A stretch of DNA of 64,000 nt, taken from positions 59,270-123,269 of IMG/VR virus record IMGVR_UViG_3300017746_000002; one strand, written 5' to 3'. Positions 33,001-40,967 of the stretch are shown here, one piece after another. The first letter of the stretch is position 1; every line of letters begins with the position of its first letter. The DNA is from a virus. Position numbers and translations under genes: made by a program. A model generated the notes under the pieces. It ran no database searches. It saw only the letters and a list, made by a program, of their open reading frames with translations, and was not told the origin of the DNA.

Positions 33001-33808
33001 TAAGTGGATCATTAATTGTATTAATAGAAATATTTGCACTTGGACCTGAAGGTATATAAGGACCAGTTTGTGTTAAAAAATACCCTGGATTGCTATTAAT
33101 TGGTTCATTTTGTCTTGTTGTTACACCAATGTTATAATATAAATCTGTACAGCCATTACAATTAGGATCTCCTGGCATAGCCGTAATGGTACCTACAGGA
33201 ATATCTCCATATGTAGCTTGAGTAATAAAAGGACCTGTTGGAACTCCAGCACCATTATTATATGTTGCTTCATCTACAACTTCAATAATTTCAAAAGTAA
33301 AATAAAAAGATGCTCTAGCTGCTCCATTTACTATTGGTAACCAAGTTACATCTTCTGAATCAAAAACATAAGTCATTTGTTTTCCTACTTCCCACATTTG
33401 CGGATTAGGAGCACTTGCAGCCATGTCAGAATTAAGATAATCATTCTGACTAAAAAATGCAGTATATGAAGCAGAAGTAGGCTGACCGCCACCTAGAGCT
33501 CCGTCACATTGGAATAATGGAGATGACCAACCAGAACCACCACTATCTTCCATTGGAACACCTGATCCTGCTAGATAATTAGTAAAACCTACAGGTCCAA
33601 CATTAAGTTCATTTATATTAAAAAGAGGTGTCCAACTAGTTCCAACTTGACCAGGATTATCTGGTGTCCATCTCGCAGACCCAACAGTAACTAATCTAAC
33701 TATAACAGCATAACCGTTACCTGTAGTAACAGTATTACCTAATCCATTTAAATATGTTTGGCTAACACTATGTGGATTTCTTAAACTATTAAATGGAGTG
33801 ATTGGCAT
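24065..33808 (-). CDS. Giant Cys-rich repeat virion surface protein (GCxD repeats, SprB repeat, vWA-like domain), 3247 aa
   Basis: About 19 GC[TM]DPxAxNY...DDGSC repeats; GTIPYTYSW...GIYTLTVTDARNC SprB repeat; IYFMYDCTSM. Confidence 0.75.
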   Translation of the reverse strand: MPITPFNSLRNPHSVSQTYLNGLGNTVTTGNGYAVIVRLVTVGSARWTPDNPGQVGTSWTPLFNINELNVGPVGFTNYLAGSGVPMEDSGGSGWSSPLFQCDGALGGGQPTSASYTAFFSQNDYLNSDMAASAPNPQMWEVGKQMTYVFDSEDVTWLPIVNGAARASFYFTFEIIEVVDEATYNNGAGVPTGPFITQATYGDIPVGTITAMPGDPNCNGCTDLYYNIGVTTRQNEPINSNPGYFLTQTGPYIPSGPSANISINTINDPLSVPFSYPFTVLGVPTAGASPTINSTHANVSYGMTPGWYLGSLFTICQRACLTCRDPYALNYDKSTSPVWDPTFSVPPPGNASTSLFQAIEQNFGSPQRDCVGAGQFPYESIISTPDGPSTIWNYEPKDNNCCLYKIENGSGSGGGCKPENPRCGCMDINAANFCPVCTEDCLDVTAGSDTSCCEYYHMWEICGAHGNYIPAFNSGINGFAGAIANPPYPVLFNLTGNNSNSGNISQVNSPATNQEFLDYVEAFQGAPVGGLAIGDRIQMRSMGMVSDWWCLEYKGPQPNNAAFYDNLAGGTGTNSSQHWRSHDWWNTPPATTGTLDLLMDPDCFSCTNPGQANPSYREYTVCDGPHAGEIINVINSWATDPVDHFLNNNPGNPNLWTFANEIGLVKPNMSCTTCQNGVSWMLLGETLEVTFSGVKYCLEYSGASTNPRGADAGGWVEGIGPGTDNFIKVDPQDPLDLQNIWDNCNDCNIVVIDPCTPFCTDPSSPNYFPGPYPLNACDCNGNSLPSNQAAGWNSCCDENPCDGLCNDPLANNYDPNATGCCGLGLGIGTPIDKNIAGNCDNSDTIVAGQYSTASFHQYLSTQANSLTSITVDTIQYENMDSVWFGVPTPPGTCVGPNGGYMTSFALGDGYVPHSSIQASINPGDPGKIYQQWDDLITQCITIGVTGVTTQTTFDELNILLTAWNPNGAGIPVEITPPTNVFCQCTYATYAQNNECCTYNWECSRELPEFGLNWPIQDSKSIQSNVKTQYNKKFGLHITNINPRPESTFNHIDDTGYIFPGLAYLNVPLRLSNFRNLGLHFNNNDGSQGWAGGKQPKLTYTNKYPEEWSFAYSFMQAITDGTITNGNTIDLSQAYYKVKTNMISLEGNFLNKKAKVITTTIPGGTSETGLYYYIIPAGAITIPKQFKSVFPTIAGIKFNTWKSFYKELLNYNLPTSATTWESVSKWVIEEVEKAPGLIGHGHKAAPEFASEDIQWMVQATGDCLCYEDPSGSYSTQIECQTTLTNPTNGDSNCCACVYGCTDPTANNYDPLASCDDGSCQNCDPFVIRFCSDMAMGNEMYYRAYLGDPGDPQTCANSQALITAWGLQNFWDIVGVNYVHDGVTYVYCVQWVDTSIQYYQDWLALNGPNPTAQFFPTLASTAGNFVYTPNNPTVNSDAQCQFCFGVGGCTDPNALNFNKNCAGATVSPTFDDGCCTYCVYGCMDSTTLTNGFPDINGYDNTAIYNCAVSTTVPTIGNLCPYPCTAGYLNSNYNPCVTCDDGTCEKPEFHKWSACSGDPAGEFTLVAPGATNTDIFAQHDFWINVGSPAIGQTINTVDGAGRICYEYKGTSAATVSAPGFPMPQMSIWEFNEIWNTNCASCVCIYGCTDPTMCNYDASATCDDGSCCNETGCLDPQAFNYCATCCCEGPCEAVKEGCMDSTANNYDPTANTACASCCDYTVYGCTDINAINFDPTATINATSATDPTDPCKYLDQCKRAPREFGSDPTKKLNIECEFASDVYKEYRKERYGLSNYCGSDLPDHLHEKQLCDWEDTKRPAYLSSTIEVLATYEYPIVEGEPDWLDPTRPAWTSKNCGLISDVDIDIYFMYDCTSMGIAAIQQQRNAADDWINGFAIPFAGEVYHVLVCGERWVDWATTIFTGNWNNAGTCGGKDSFCVVNSVAADHGACINSGRADAVAPTDMSVTSKFWAPMAWGNINNKTWYSSAPLGYDNGTITHFGYPPALTKREVLGVFFADESATLDGTGSDAQPYHVEGCAVNACTTTWPMATDGTGTNATDSVLTACYKADYDKYIEKYKEHLAKGPLHKATMVIYPAKPLVTPAPSHRAFPLHALAAVDSGNNDPQDGRYAAGTAPTNSLVNLVNIETGNPYWDATNPNQPSSHTYGYGGLDNYGWRANVGSGTFNSSLFKADLEKYWDPNKLKCDGSECIVVNVVNQNNVAIPDYAIYVDGGFEGKTDEFGRLKFQIENAAIKTNHIINFCLCLETKGNCRQQQIKIVVNEECAPECCVDPTGVSCETYVSPTQVIEGCTDPNSSNYNSMATVDDGTCLYCDPAIIIAEAHINASAAGVNDGNITAIASNGTIPYTYSWTGPSGYTATTAAITSLAGGIYTLTVTDARNCTATITINLDQPPLIYGCMDSAAGIWPNINGLNQSGAVCTYPCTSDGTLTGTPEGYKYFCYNPDATDPDTCCEAGCTDPNAVTGPQGYCASCTHDCNMEPIGTNNAGWDSCCDLCENGCMDPIAGNYDPNATCDDNSCIYYWDCDEAGYDINEITQYNYTLSNLNNTGIYVDTTCPGGFCDIDGFYFTLADYYSAVGNTGLTPNLEVTAVANTTGTSNFGSFSSMTACPLTELMPGFPQASDYPLLTIEGFTTENPYGPTGSASCYAQLQIAQYGAGYVFPTWDAYVNWHNGAGGPNQTCAGSQIPIILSGQDYSYVVQFHYNINGSANMYNPDPEDNFVYYKGHEPQCTGYTDCECNRVLTASDNGGQPGTHPTEQDCEDAINCCGEQPVEIGGCIDDGYVDQHPDFGTYGAVTVDNWWINAANAAGISYSQQVPCENGIVAHELVINGGSGTVGTGVPNFYQYGIPALNYDPNATYDDGSCCYCTGCMDATDVNYEFSACFDNPDLCGGSGGGQMLGCMDPAALTYDVNADTHQPDACTYAGCMDSNASNFMSFEVNGLVSYEWGGNPGYYYNSTDIVASCTSCCAAPPAYFECTAIPFSNPCFDGSGAIGHALTNSSGNGGDFSSRHELSRSYQLTQFTNSCQTMSYAMTDWNDNQSAVYAWSNAISGSLEEYANDWFFWSATNSSFGCAWSSAQINTVYTNMNYQSPAGTSGFNIGSGSSGSMVQESHAKPMIISAMAIYDSDSNGQGQLWYRDYNTSTLSWGELRSELINTYGFDGTGGKPNITGLDARQVEDLLSANSTNWEQIWVGFCSAACTLDVHNVCLPSPIGTMYSSCAACESGTGCACGGC

Positions 33809-33811
33809 TTT

Positions 33812-33958
33812 TTACTTTTTATCCTTTGTTGTAATTTTTATATCATAATCTGCCTTACATGTTTTATGAACCATTTTTCCATCAATACCAGCTATCTTTT
33901 GACAGCCGCATGAAAAAGCAGTTCCACAATGTGCACAGATATTTGTTTGATTACTCAT
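33812..33958 (-). CDS. 48-aa Cys/His micro-protein (not in ORF track)
   Basis: MSNQTNICAHCGTAFSCGCQKIAGIDGKMVHKTCKADYDIKITTKDKK fills the gap exactly. Confidence 0.7.
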   Translation of the reverse strand: MSNQTNICAHCGTAFSCGCQKIAGIDGKMVHKTCKADYDIKITTKDKK

Positions 33959-33978
33959 AATCTTTTGGTTTTATTGGT

Positions 33979-34524
33979 TTAACAAATATTGCAATTAATC
34001 TTTTCTAACTTTCTTTTAGCATAATTATATAGCTCCATTCCTTTTACAGGGCTACCACAATATTCAACTTGTGATTTTGCTGCGTCAATAAGAGTTCTAA
34101 TATCATACATTTGTCTAAGCACACCATCTCTATCAGATGATGGACTGCACTTATCTATATCTAGTTTACATAATTTTTCATAATATAACTTCATTATAGC
34201 TGTAGTTCTTAAGTGATTATATTCTACATATACTTTATCACTAGGTGCTATACCATATCTAATAATATATACTCCATCTTGTAAATTAGTTCTTTCTGAA
34301 TTACATGTTGTTGTTTGTAATTTTAATGCACATCCAGTTATTGATAAATCAAAACCTGGCTTAACTTCTATTTGTGAAGGTGCATTCCATCCTGGAGGGG
34401 TTATTGCTAAATCACCACAATCTGTTCCAAGGTTATCTGAGTACTGACTTGTATCTTTTATTACTAGAATTTCAGAGTTGGCTACATCTAGTACTTCAAG
34501 ACTTAATATGTGTTTGGCCGCCAT
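33979..34524 (-). CDS. Structural protein (possible tail hub)
   Basis: NLQDGVYIIRY Ig-like strand motif; position in the structural module. Confidence 0.5.
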   Translation of the reverse strand: MAAKHILSLEVLDVANSEILVIKDTSQYSDNLGTDCGDLAITPPGWNAPSQIEVKPGFDLSITGCALKLQTTTCNSERTNLQDGVYIIRYGIAPSDKVYVEYNHLRTTAIMKLYYEKLCKLDIDKCSPSSDRDGVLRQMYDIRTLIDAAKSQVEYCGSPVKGMELYNYAKRKLEKINCNIC

Positions 34525-34551
34525 GTTATATTATTAGATTACTATGTATTA

Positions 34552-34560
34552 ATAATATAC
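34552..34560 (-). promoter_or_regulatory. Putative late promoter (GTATATTAT)
   Basis: Core motif just after the terminator, upstream of ATG 34524. Confidence 0.5.
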
Positions 34561-34583
34561 AAAATAAAATAGATATAAAAAAC

Positions 34584-34621
34584 AAAAAAGGAGGAGAACT
34601 TAATGTCTCCCCCCTTTTTTT
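34584..34621. terminator. Intrinsic terminator, potentially bidirectional
   Basis: A-run, GGAGA...TCTCC stem, T-run. Confidence 0.7.
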
Positions 34622-34646
34622 GAATGTTAGCTATATACTAAGACTA

Positions 34647-35906
34647 CTAGCTTTGCGTACAACCTGCAGCACCTCCTTGACCAGAGCCATTACAAGTGTA
34701 TGCGTAATCATCTTTAGAAAGATTAGTTGCAGTTAATGCAAGATTATCCCAAATAACTTCAGTAGCTGTAATTAAAGCAGCATTACCACATGGAACAGCA
34801 ACAGCAACTACGTATTGATCATTATCAAATACTCCAGTTGGGTTGTTGAATCTAGGCACAGTGTGCTGAATATAGAACCATCTGTATGTTGCACGTCTTC
34901 CTTTTCCTGCTGTAGTAGTAACTGGGAATTCAGCAGATAATAAAGCTCCACCTTCAATTTCTCTAAATCTTGCAGAGTCTTTGTTACCTTGATTCCATCC
35001 ACCATCTTGTCTGTAACGTCCATCTAAAATGATTTCTCTTAATACTGACTCTCCTAATGTTTCAGCAGGAGTTCTTGTAATAAAAGCAGTAACGTTAGGA
35101 AATGCAGTACCAGCAGCAACTCCTACAGTAGTTCCGTCAGTAGTAGTACCGTAAGTAACACAAGTACTAGCACAAGGATCTCCTTCAGCAGATAATAATG
35201 ATACACCTAAGTCAAGAGTTTCATGACCATAAGCATCTCTAGTATCAAATGAACAGTTATCAAATACAGTTTCAGAAGGACATAAAGTAATCTTTAATGT
35301 ATTAGTTGTTGCTACAGCAGTAATAAAGTCAGCCATATTAGAAGCATCTCTATTAATTGCGGCAGCCCAAGCTCCTGCAACATTAGCTCCAGTGTAGTAT
35401 CCACCAGCTGGACAACATCCAGTCATGTCTGCTACAAAGTAAGCATTTCTATTTAAAGCTTTCATTACTTCAGAACCTTTAATATCTATACGAATTTGAG
35501 GATGTCCTGTTCCATCAGTACCTGCAACTAATGCATTTGAAGGATCACAATCATAACAATCATCTGGAATTGTTAATGTAATTGTTGGACATTTTGCCGC
35601 ATTACAGCATGAAGACCAAAGCTTAGTAATGTATTGAGGCTTAATAATTTTAGATTTGATACTTTCAGAATAACCACCATGAAGAGGGTTATTACCTAAT
35701 GTATCAGTTTGATTGTAATTACCTTGAACAATCATAATGTCTCCAGCGTAAGTTGTTGCTGCAGCAGGGTTTAATGTTTGATACGTACATGCATCAACAA
35801 TACCCATTTGACCAGCAGTCAATGTAGCTGTAGACGCAGCTGCTTGTTTCCAGCCGTCACCTTGCGCAAGCATGGCTTTTTTGTAAGCGTGGTTAAAATA
35901 ACTCAT
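34647..35906 (-). CDS. Abundant structural protein (auxiliary capsid protein-like)
   Basis: Own promoter and terminator; Ala/Thr-rich; position after MCP cluster. Confidence 0.5.
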   Translation of the reverse strand: MSYFNHAYKKAMLAQGDGWKQAAASTATLTAGQMGIVDACTYQTLNPAAATTYAGDIMIVQGNYNQTDTLGNNPLHGGYSESIKSKIIKPQYITKLWSSCCNAAKCPTITLTIPDDCYDCDPSNALVAGTDGTGHPQIRIDIKGSEVMKALNRNAYFVADMTGCCPAGGYYTGANVAGAWAAAINRDASNMADFITAVATTNTLKITLCPSETVFDNCSFDTRDAYGHETLDLGVSLLSAEGDPCASTCVTYGTTTDGTTVGVAAGTAFPNVTAFITRTPAETLGESVLREIILDGRYRQDGGWNQGNKDSARFREIEGGALLSAEFPVTTTAGKGRRATYRWFYIQHTVPRFNNPTGVFDNDQYVVAVAVPCGNAALITATEVIWDNLALTATNLSKDDYAYTCNGSGQGGAAGCTQS

Positions 35907-36018
35907 TTTTTTATGCCCCTTTATTTATTCAGAGGACTTTTTTTAATTAACATACAATGCGTACCTTCGTGGTACACCCAATTATAATATAAGACTTTTA
36001 TTTAAATTAAACAAGTCT

Positions 36019-36720
36019 TTAATTATTTTTTTCTGCAGATTGTGCTCCTCTAATTGCTTGATTTACAGCATCAATGTCACCTGCAACAATTGAAACAGCA
36101 TCATCAATAATTACTTCAACAATATCATCTTTAAATTCTGGAGCAACATCTGCTAAAGATGTGGTTTCCGTATATGGATCAACACATCCTATTATTTCTA
36201 TATTTCTTGGCTTTCTATAAAAAGTAAGAGAAGGATTGATTACATTAAAATCTCTTCTAAATATTTTTACTGAATCATTAGTAAGAGTGCAATAAGTTTC
36301 ACCCCAATCAAAGTCAGGTCTTTTTAACTCATCTCTCATTAATAAATCAATATTAGCTTCCTCTGCTAAATAGACTGTCATTGATCTTGGATCTTCACAA
36401 CATTCATTTGTAGCTTCAGTACTAACTCTCTTATATTCTAAATAATTAGTAGGCCAATTATTTGATTGGAAATGATCATTAAATGCAGTACCAACTAATG
36501 TTTGCGTTGTAAGAAGGATCTGAAGATCATCAATACGTCTCTTTGACATCTCATCTCCTTCTTTCATTGCATTAGTACCATGTAATTGTCTTCTACACCA
36601 TTCAATTTGTGCTTTATTAAAAGCTTCAACAATTTGCCAGCATTCTATATTATCATAGTCATTACTAGCTAATTTATTTAACCTTTGTCTAAATTTTATT
36701 TGAATAGTGCCTACATTCAT
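36019..36720 (-). CDS. Head-tail ring/adaptor protein
   Basis: FNKAQIEW...KRRIDDLQIL...TFYRKPR...IIDDAV. Confidence 0.6.
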   Translation of the reverse strand: MNVGTIQIKFRQRLNKLASNDYDNIECWQIVEAFNKAQIEWCRRQLHGTNAMKEGDEMSKRRIDDLQILLTTQTLVGTAFNDHFQSNNWPTNYLEYKRVSTEATNECCEDPRSMTVYLAEEANIDLLMRDELKRPDFDWGETYCTLTNDSVKIFRRDFNVINPSLTFYRKPRNIEIIGCVDPYTETTSLADVAPEFKDDIVEVIIDDAVSIVAGDIDAVNQAIRGAQSAEKNN

Positions 36721-36722
36721 AA

Positions 36723-37775
36723 TTACTCATTCCAAAATTCCTCTATCCTATTAAGGTAGTGGGTTAATGTTTCATCATTTACAGGGTTCTTCATAAACTC
36801 TAAAATTTCCCCTGGTCTTTTACCTATTTTAACTTTTGCAAAATCATCATAGAAGAATCCATCAGCTTTTGACTGAATATAGTTATGACTAATAGAATCT
36901 TTTATCATAGCTCTTATTTTAAGATCTTGCATACTTTCATTAGATACATTTAAAAAATGCTCTGCAGCTTTCTTTTTTGATTTCTCTATACCATTACCAT
37001 TTATGTATTTATCCATATTTTCATATAATACATCTATTGGTGTACCTTTTGTATACTGTGTACTATTACCATCAACTACTTTAGTTGTAAATAATAACTT
37101 TGTTGTATCAGTATCATATAAATTTTGCAATGATGCTAAAGCTCTATTTCTTACTTTTGATACTTTTGTACGTGTATCAACACTATCTTTTACTCTATCT
37201 AAATAAAATCTTACATTTTGATTTACTTTACATGCTTCAAGATCTTTTGCTACTATTGAAAAACCTCCTGCCTCAATTGAATATATTTTAATTAAATCAT
37301 AAGGATCTACAGCTGGATCAAGAAATAATGGTTCATTACCTACTTTAATTGAGATCTTATCCCAAAACTCTCCATTATCTGGTCTTAATACTTGTACCTT
37401 ATTCCAAAAATCTGCATCTTCTGGATCAATAACATTAGTTGCTAATTCTGCTTCTAATTGTGCAACTACTTTTCTAATTTCTTTAACTTTTGCAGCTCTT
37501 TTGTCTGCTGGTAGTTTTTTTACAGATGGAGCAAACTCATTTAGTCCAGTCACATATCTTTTTATACCATTTTGTTCTAAACATGCTAAACTTTCATGAT
37601 GGAATACACCATCAAATAATGTCATGTTATATTTTTCTAATCCCATATTTTCATTTTGATCATCAAAATAAGGACGTATTGCAACAGATTGATTTTTATC
37701 CTGTTGATATTTTTCTACTATAGTTAGATCCTTATTGAATCCTCTACTATTACTTTTTGTTTCTGTAGTGCTCAT
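36723..37775 (-). CDS. Conserved crAss-like protein downstream of MCP
   Basis: KRYVTGL, FWDK...LFLDP...DLIK motifs; synteny. Confidence 0.6.
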   Translation of the reverse strand: MSTTETKSNSRGFNKDLTIVEKYQQDKNQSVAIRPYFDDQNENMGLEKYNMTLFDGVFHHESLACLEQNGIKRYVTGLNEFAPSVKKLPADKRAAKVKEIRKVVAQLEAELATNVIDPEDADFWNKVQVLRPDNGEFWDKISIKVGNEPLFLDPAVDPYDLIKIYSIEAGGFSIVAKDLEACKVNQNVRFYLDRVKDSVDTRTKVSKVRNRALASLQNLYDTDTTKLLFTTKVVDGNSTQYTKGTPIDVLYENMDKYINGNGIEKSKKKAAEHFLNVSNESMQDLKIRAMIKDSISHNYIQSKADGFFYDDFAKVKIGKRPGEILEFMKNPVNDETLTHYLNRIEEFWNE

Positions 37776-37812
37776 ACTTTAAATTTATTGGTTTAATAAT
37801 TATTAATTGGTT

Positions 37813-37848
37813 TAAAAGAAATAGGGAGGAGCACTAGGCTCCTCCTTC
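37813..37848 (-). terminator. Intrinsic terminator after MCP
   Basis: GGAGGAGC-ACTAG-GCTCCTCC 8-bp stem with T-rich tail on the minus strand. Confidence 0.75.
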
Positions 37849-37861
37849 TCTCATGTTGTTA

Positions 37862-39493
37862 TTAGAATGAACCTCCTGTTACTGGATTCTTCATTACAAT
37901 TTTAAGAACCTTAGTTGGATCTTTCACCCATACAGCTGGCATTGTTTGAGTCATCATTACTCGGTACCCGTTAAAGTGACCTGATGAAGCAAAACCTTGA
38001 GTTCTTCCCATATAGTCCATTGTACCATTTTGGTAGAACCATTTTAATTGGTTATCCCAAGATAGTTTCAATAAGTGGATGTTATCATTACCCTCGTCAG
38101 TTACATCAAAAATGATGAAGCTGTAAGAAGATAAAGGTCTACCATCTACTAAAGGATTCTCAATATCATTAGTATGTAAGTTATCAAATGCTGGGTTTAA
38201 TACAAACTTAACATTAGCTAAGAATGGAATTATATAGCTTGTGTAAGCAAATCCAAATCCTAGATCCATTCCTGAACCTGTAATAGCTCCAATGTTATCA
38301 GCGTTTGTAATCATACCGTTAGCACCATTAGCTTCTGCAGCAATTGCAGCATTAACTAATTGCATACCTCCAATACCTGTTTGTACAACTAATTGACGTT
38401 TTGGATCTGGTCCATCAAAGTCAACTTTTCCTACATAGAAGTTATATAGTTCATTTTTGAACATATCTAAACTAAATGCAGTCTTGTTGTATACACGCTT
38501 ATATGAGTTGTCTAATTGTTTCCAAAGACCAACAGAAAGTCTGATGTCATCTGGACCGTCTTGTCTAACTCTACCACCGTGACCCCACATTAAGTAAGTT
38601 TCAATGTCACTTGCAATTTTTGATAAGTGAGCTGCTTCCATAGAAGTTAAGAACGTTCTAGAAAGAGTACCATTATCAAATGCACGTTTAACATAGTCTT
38701 TACCCATGATTGATGCAATGTCTTCAATAGAAGAAATTGACGGATCAACGTTAGTATCAAAGTTTCTCCAAATCTCAGTTACAGGAACTGTACCGTCAGC
38801 ATTCATTCCTCCTTTAAGCATTAAGTCTGCTCTAGAAGATATAGAATAGTGAACGTGTGCTTCAGCTCCACCTACAAAGTTGTAGAATTCACGGAAACCA
38901 TTTCCTACTTGAATGTCAGAGAATCTTTCTCCATACTCACCTCTTGCAGAACCTTTTCTAAAGAATTTAGTACCCATTTTAAGGTATACATCTTTAAGTC
39001 CTGTTCCTGATGCGTTGTTTACAAGTTGAACAGAGTAAACCCATCCGTCACCAATCTGAATAATATCATCAGCAGTAACGTAAAGTTCTAATCCATTGTA
39101 CTTGTCATAGGTTATGATGTCTCCATGACCAAACTCTCTACGAGATAATTTAATCTTGAAAATTGCTCCATCAACCCCTCTTGAATCACCTAATGTATCG
39201 GTTATAGCATCTTGCTTACCCATAGATACAGGTAGTTCTTGTGATACAGGTGTTTGCCACTTGTATTCTCCTCTTGCATTGTCAACCATTATAGTATTCT
39301 TACCACCAAAAGATGCCATTTGATACAAAGGCATTTCTACCTTTTGCGTCATTGCCCACAAATCCACTGGACCCATGTCCATTGGCTCTGCGTTACCAAG
39401 CATATTAGTTAAGTGGTACGAATCTATATGGGAACTAGCTTCATAATTTGTGTCTCTGAGGAAGAGACCGTTGTTTAAAACTGGTGTTGCCAT
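37862..39493 (-). CDS. Major capsid protein
   Basis: 543 aa after portal and scaffold; ETYLMWG, GLWKQL, TGIGG, NPAFDN, KDPTK motifs; terminator follows. Confidence 0.85.
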   Translation of the reverse strand: MATPVLNNGLFLRDTNYEASSHIDSYHLTNMLGNAEPMDMGPVDLWAMTQKVEMPLYQMASFGGKNTIMVDNARGEYKWQTPVSQELPVSMGKQDAITDTLGDSRGVDGAIFKIKLSRREFGHGDIITYDKYNGLELYVTADDIIQIGDGWVYSVQLVNNASGTGLKDVYLKMGTKFFRKGSARGEYGERFSDIQVGNGFREFYNFVGGAEAHVHYSISSRADLMLKGGMNADGTVPVTEIWRNFDTNVDPSISSIEDIASIMGKDYVKRAFDNGTLSRTFLTSMEAAHLSKIASDIETYLMWGHGGRVRQDGPDDIRLSVGLWKQLDNSYKRVYNKTAFSLDMFKNELYNFYVGKVDFDGPDPKRQLVVQTGIGGMQLVNAAIAAEANGANGMITNADNIGAITGSGMDLGFGFAYTSYIIPFLANVKFVLNPAFDNLHTNDIENPLVDGRPLSSYSFIIFDVTDEGNDNIHLLKLSWDNQLKWFYQNGTMDYMGRTQGFASSGHFNGYRVMMTQTMPAVWVKDPTKVLKIVMKNPVTGGSF

Positions 39494-39541
39494 TTTTTCA
39501 CTTTTTTTAGTTAATTAATAATTATTGTTGTTGTTCTACTT

Positions 39542-40855
39542 TTAAAATCTTTTAAATATATTATTACCTCTAGGTAATGTTCTTCTCTTAGTGGTTTTTG
39601 TTTCTTTTGGTTCTAAACCTGTAGAAGATGCATTTCTACTAGATTGTGCTGATTTGAGTTTTCTTACAGTTTTCTCAACAGCTTTGTTTTCACCCTTTGT
39701 CATTATTTGATCTTTATAACCTTTTGGATCAGCTAGTAACCATAATGCTTCAGATACTAAATTATAATTAGGTTCAACAAATTGATATTTTTCTAGTAAA
39801 TGACCTAGCAAGTTTGTGTTTTGTCCTGATATAGATGGATATGATGGATTAACTAAACCATTATATAATAATGATTGAGTTTTTTTATTAACTTTCATAT
39901 CACCTAATGTTCCTCCTTTAAGTGTATTATATACATTTTGCATATAATCCTCAGATGCTTTACGCTGTTGTGCTTGCTTCATTTCTTGTTCTTGAAGTTT
40001 TCTAGCAACAACTGCTTCTGACATCTTATCTAACTTTGGCTTAAACTTAGAAGCTTGTTTCTTAAGCTTACCTAAATCTTTCCAAATTTCTATTTCTTCT
40101 TGAATATCTTCTGCAGATCCATAACCTGTTGCAGATAAATATTCTCTTATGATATGTGATTGACCTTGTTCACTGTTTAGATCTAACTCTCTTGTTTCTT
40201 CAACAGATGCTAATGCAGAAAATAATCCTTTTAGATCTTGACCTCCATCAGCAACATATTTTGCTGCAGTTTGTAATTCATTTGGTAAACTATCAAAAAA
40301 CTGTTTTGGAGTTTCTCTTCTTACTTTATTACCTCTTTCATCCATATTAGCTTTAATAAGCTCTTTCCAATCTTTAGCAGTGTAATCATCTAAATCTTTG
40401 TCATCATCAAAAGGAATGATTTCTTCATTATCAATCATCTTTTTAAAGACATCTGACATTCCTTCAATTCTTTTTCTTCCTTTAGCAGTTGATTTTTCAT
40501 CTTCTGATTCTGCTAATTCTAATCCATCATTAAGAATATCATCTATTTCATCTTTGGTCACCTTTTCTTTAGCCTCTGGAATAGTTCCTCCTTCTGCTAC
40601 TACCGGTGTTTCAGGTTCCTTAATTTCTTCAGTATTTGTAGTATCTGTAGTCTCTTCCTTAACTTCTTCTTTAGGTTCATCTACAAATGATAAATCAACA
40701 TTTTCTGGTCTTGAGAACATACTAGGTTTTTTGGAACTGTTCTCTTCAGGTAATGTAATAGAATCAGCACCTGGAGCTCCATTAAAGATCTCATCCAAGT
40801 TAACGTCTACATTCTTTTTTACCTCTGTTTGTTCCATATTTTTTTCTTCTGACAT
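39542..40855 (-). CDS. Putative capsid scaffolding protein
   Basis: Acidic N-terminus, helical; between portal and MCP. Confidence 0.6.
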   Translation of the reverse strand: MSEEKNMEQTEVKKNVDVNLDEIFNGAPGADSITLPEENSSKKPSMFSRPENVDLSFVDEPKEEVKEETTDTTNTEEIKEPETPVVAEGGTIPEAKEKVTKDEIDDILNDGLELAESEDEKSTAKGRKRIEGMSDVFKKMIDNEEIIPFDDDKDLDDYTAKDWKELIKANMDERGNKVRRETPKQFFDSLPNELQTAAKYVADGGQDLKGLFSALASVEETRELDLNSEQGQSHIIREYLSATGYGSAEDIQEEIEIWKDLGKLKKQASKFKPKLDKMSEAVVARKLQEQEMKQAQQRKASEDYMQNVYNTLKGGTLGDMKVNKKTQSLLYNGLVNPSYPSISGQNTNLLGHLLEKYQFVEPNYNLVSEALWLLADPKGYKDQIMTKGENKAVEKTVRKLKSAQSSRNASSTGLEPKETKTTKRRTLPRGNNIFKRF

Positions 40856-40880
40856 GTCTTTTGGTTTTAAATTATTGGTT

Positions 40881-40901
40881 ATTACATATATAATATACTA
40901 A
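40881..40901 (-). promoter_or_regulatory. Putative late promoter
   Basis: 21-bp identity with 9793-9813. Confidence 0.65.
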
Positions 40902-40967
40902 GATTTTTAGAATAAACCTTATAAATTTGATAGTTACTTGTAAATATTCTGCAGTATATAGCTAAGA

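Noticed and set aside
24065-33808. CRISPR array or diversity-generating retroelement in the repeat-rich gene
   Set aside because: Repeats are degenerate at DNA level and protein-coding; no reverse transcriptase or TR/VR pair seen in the window
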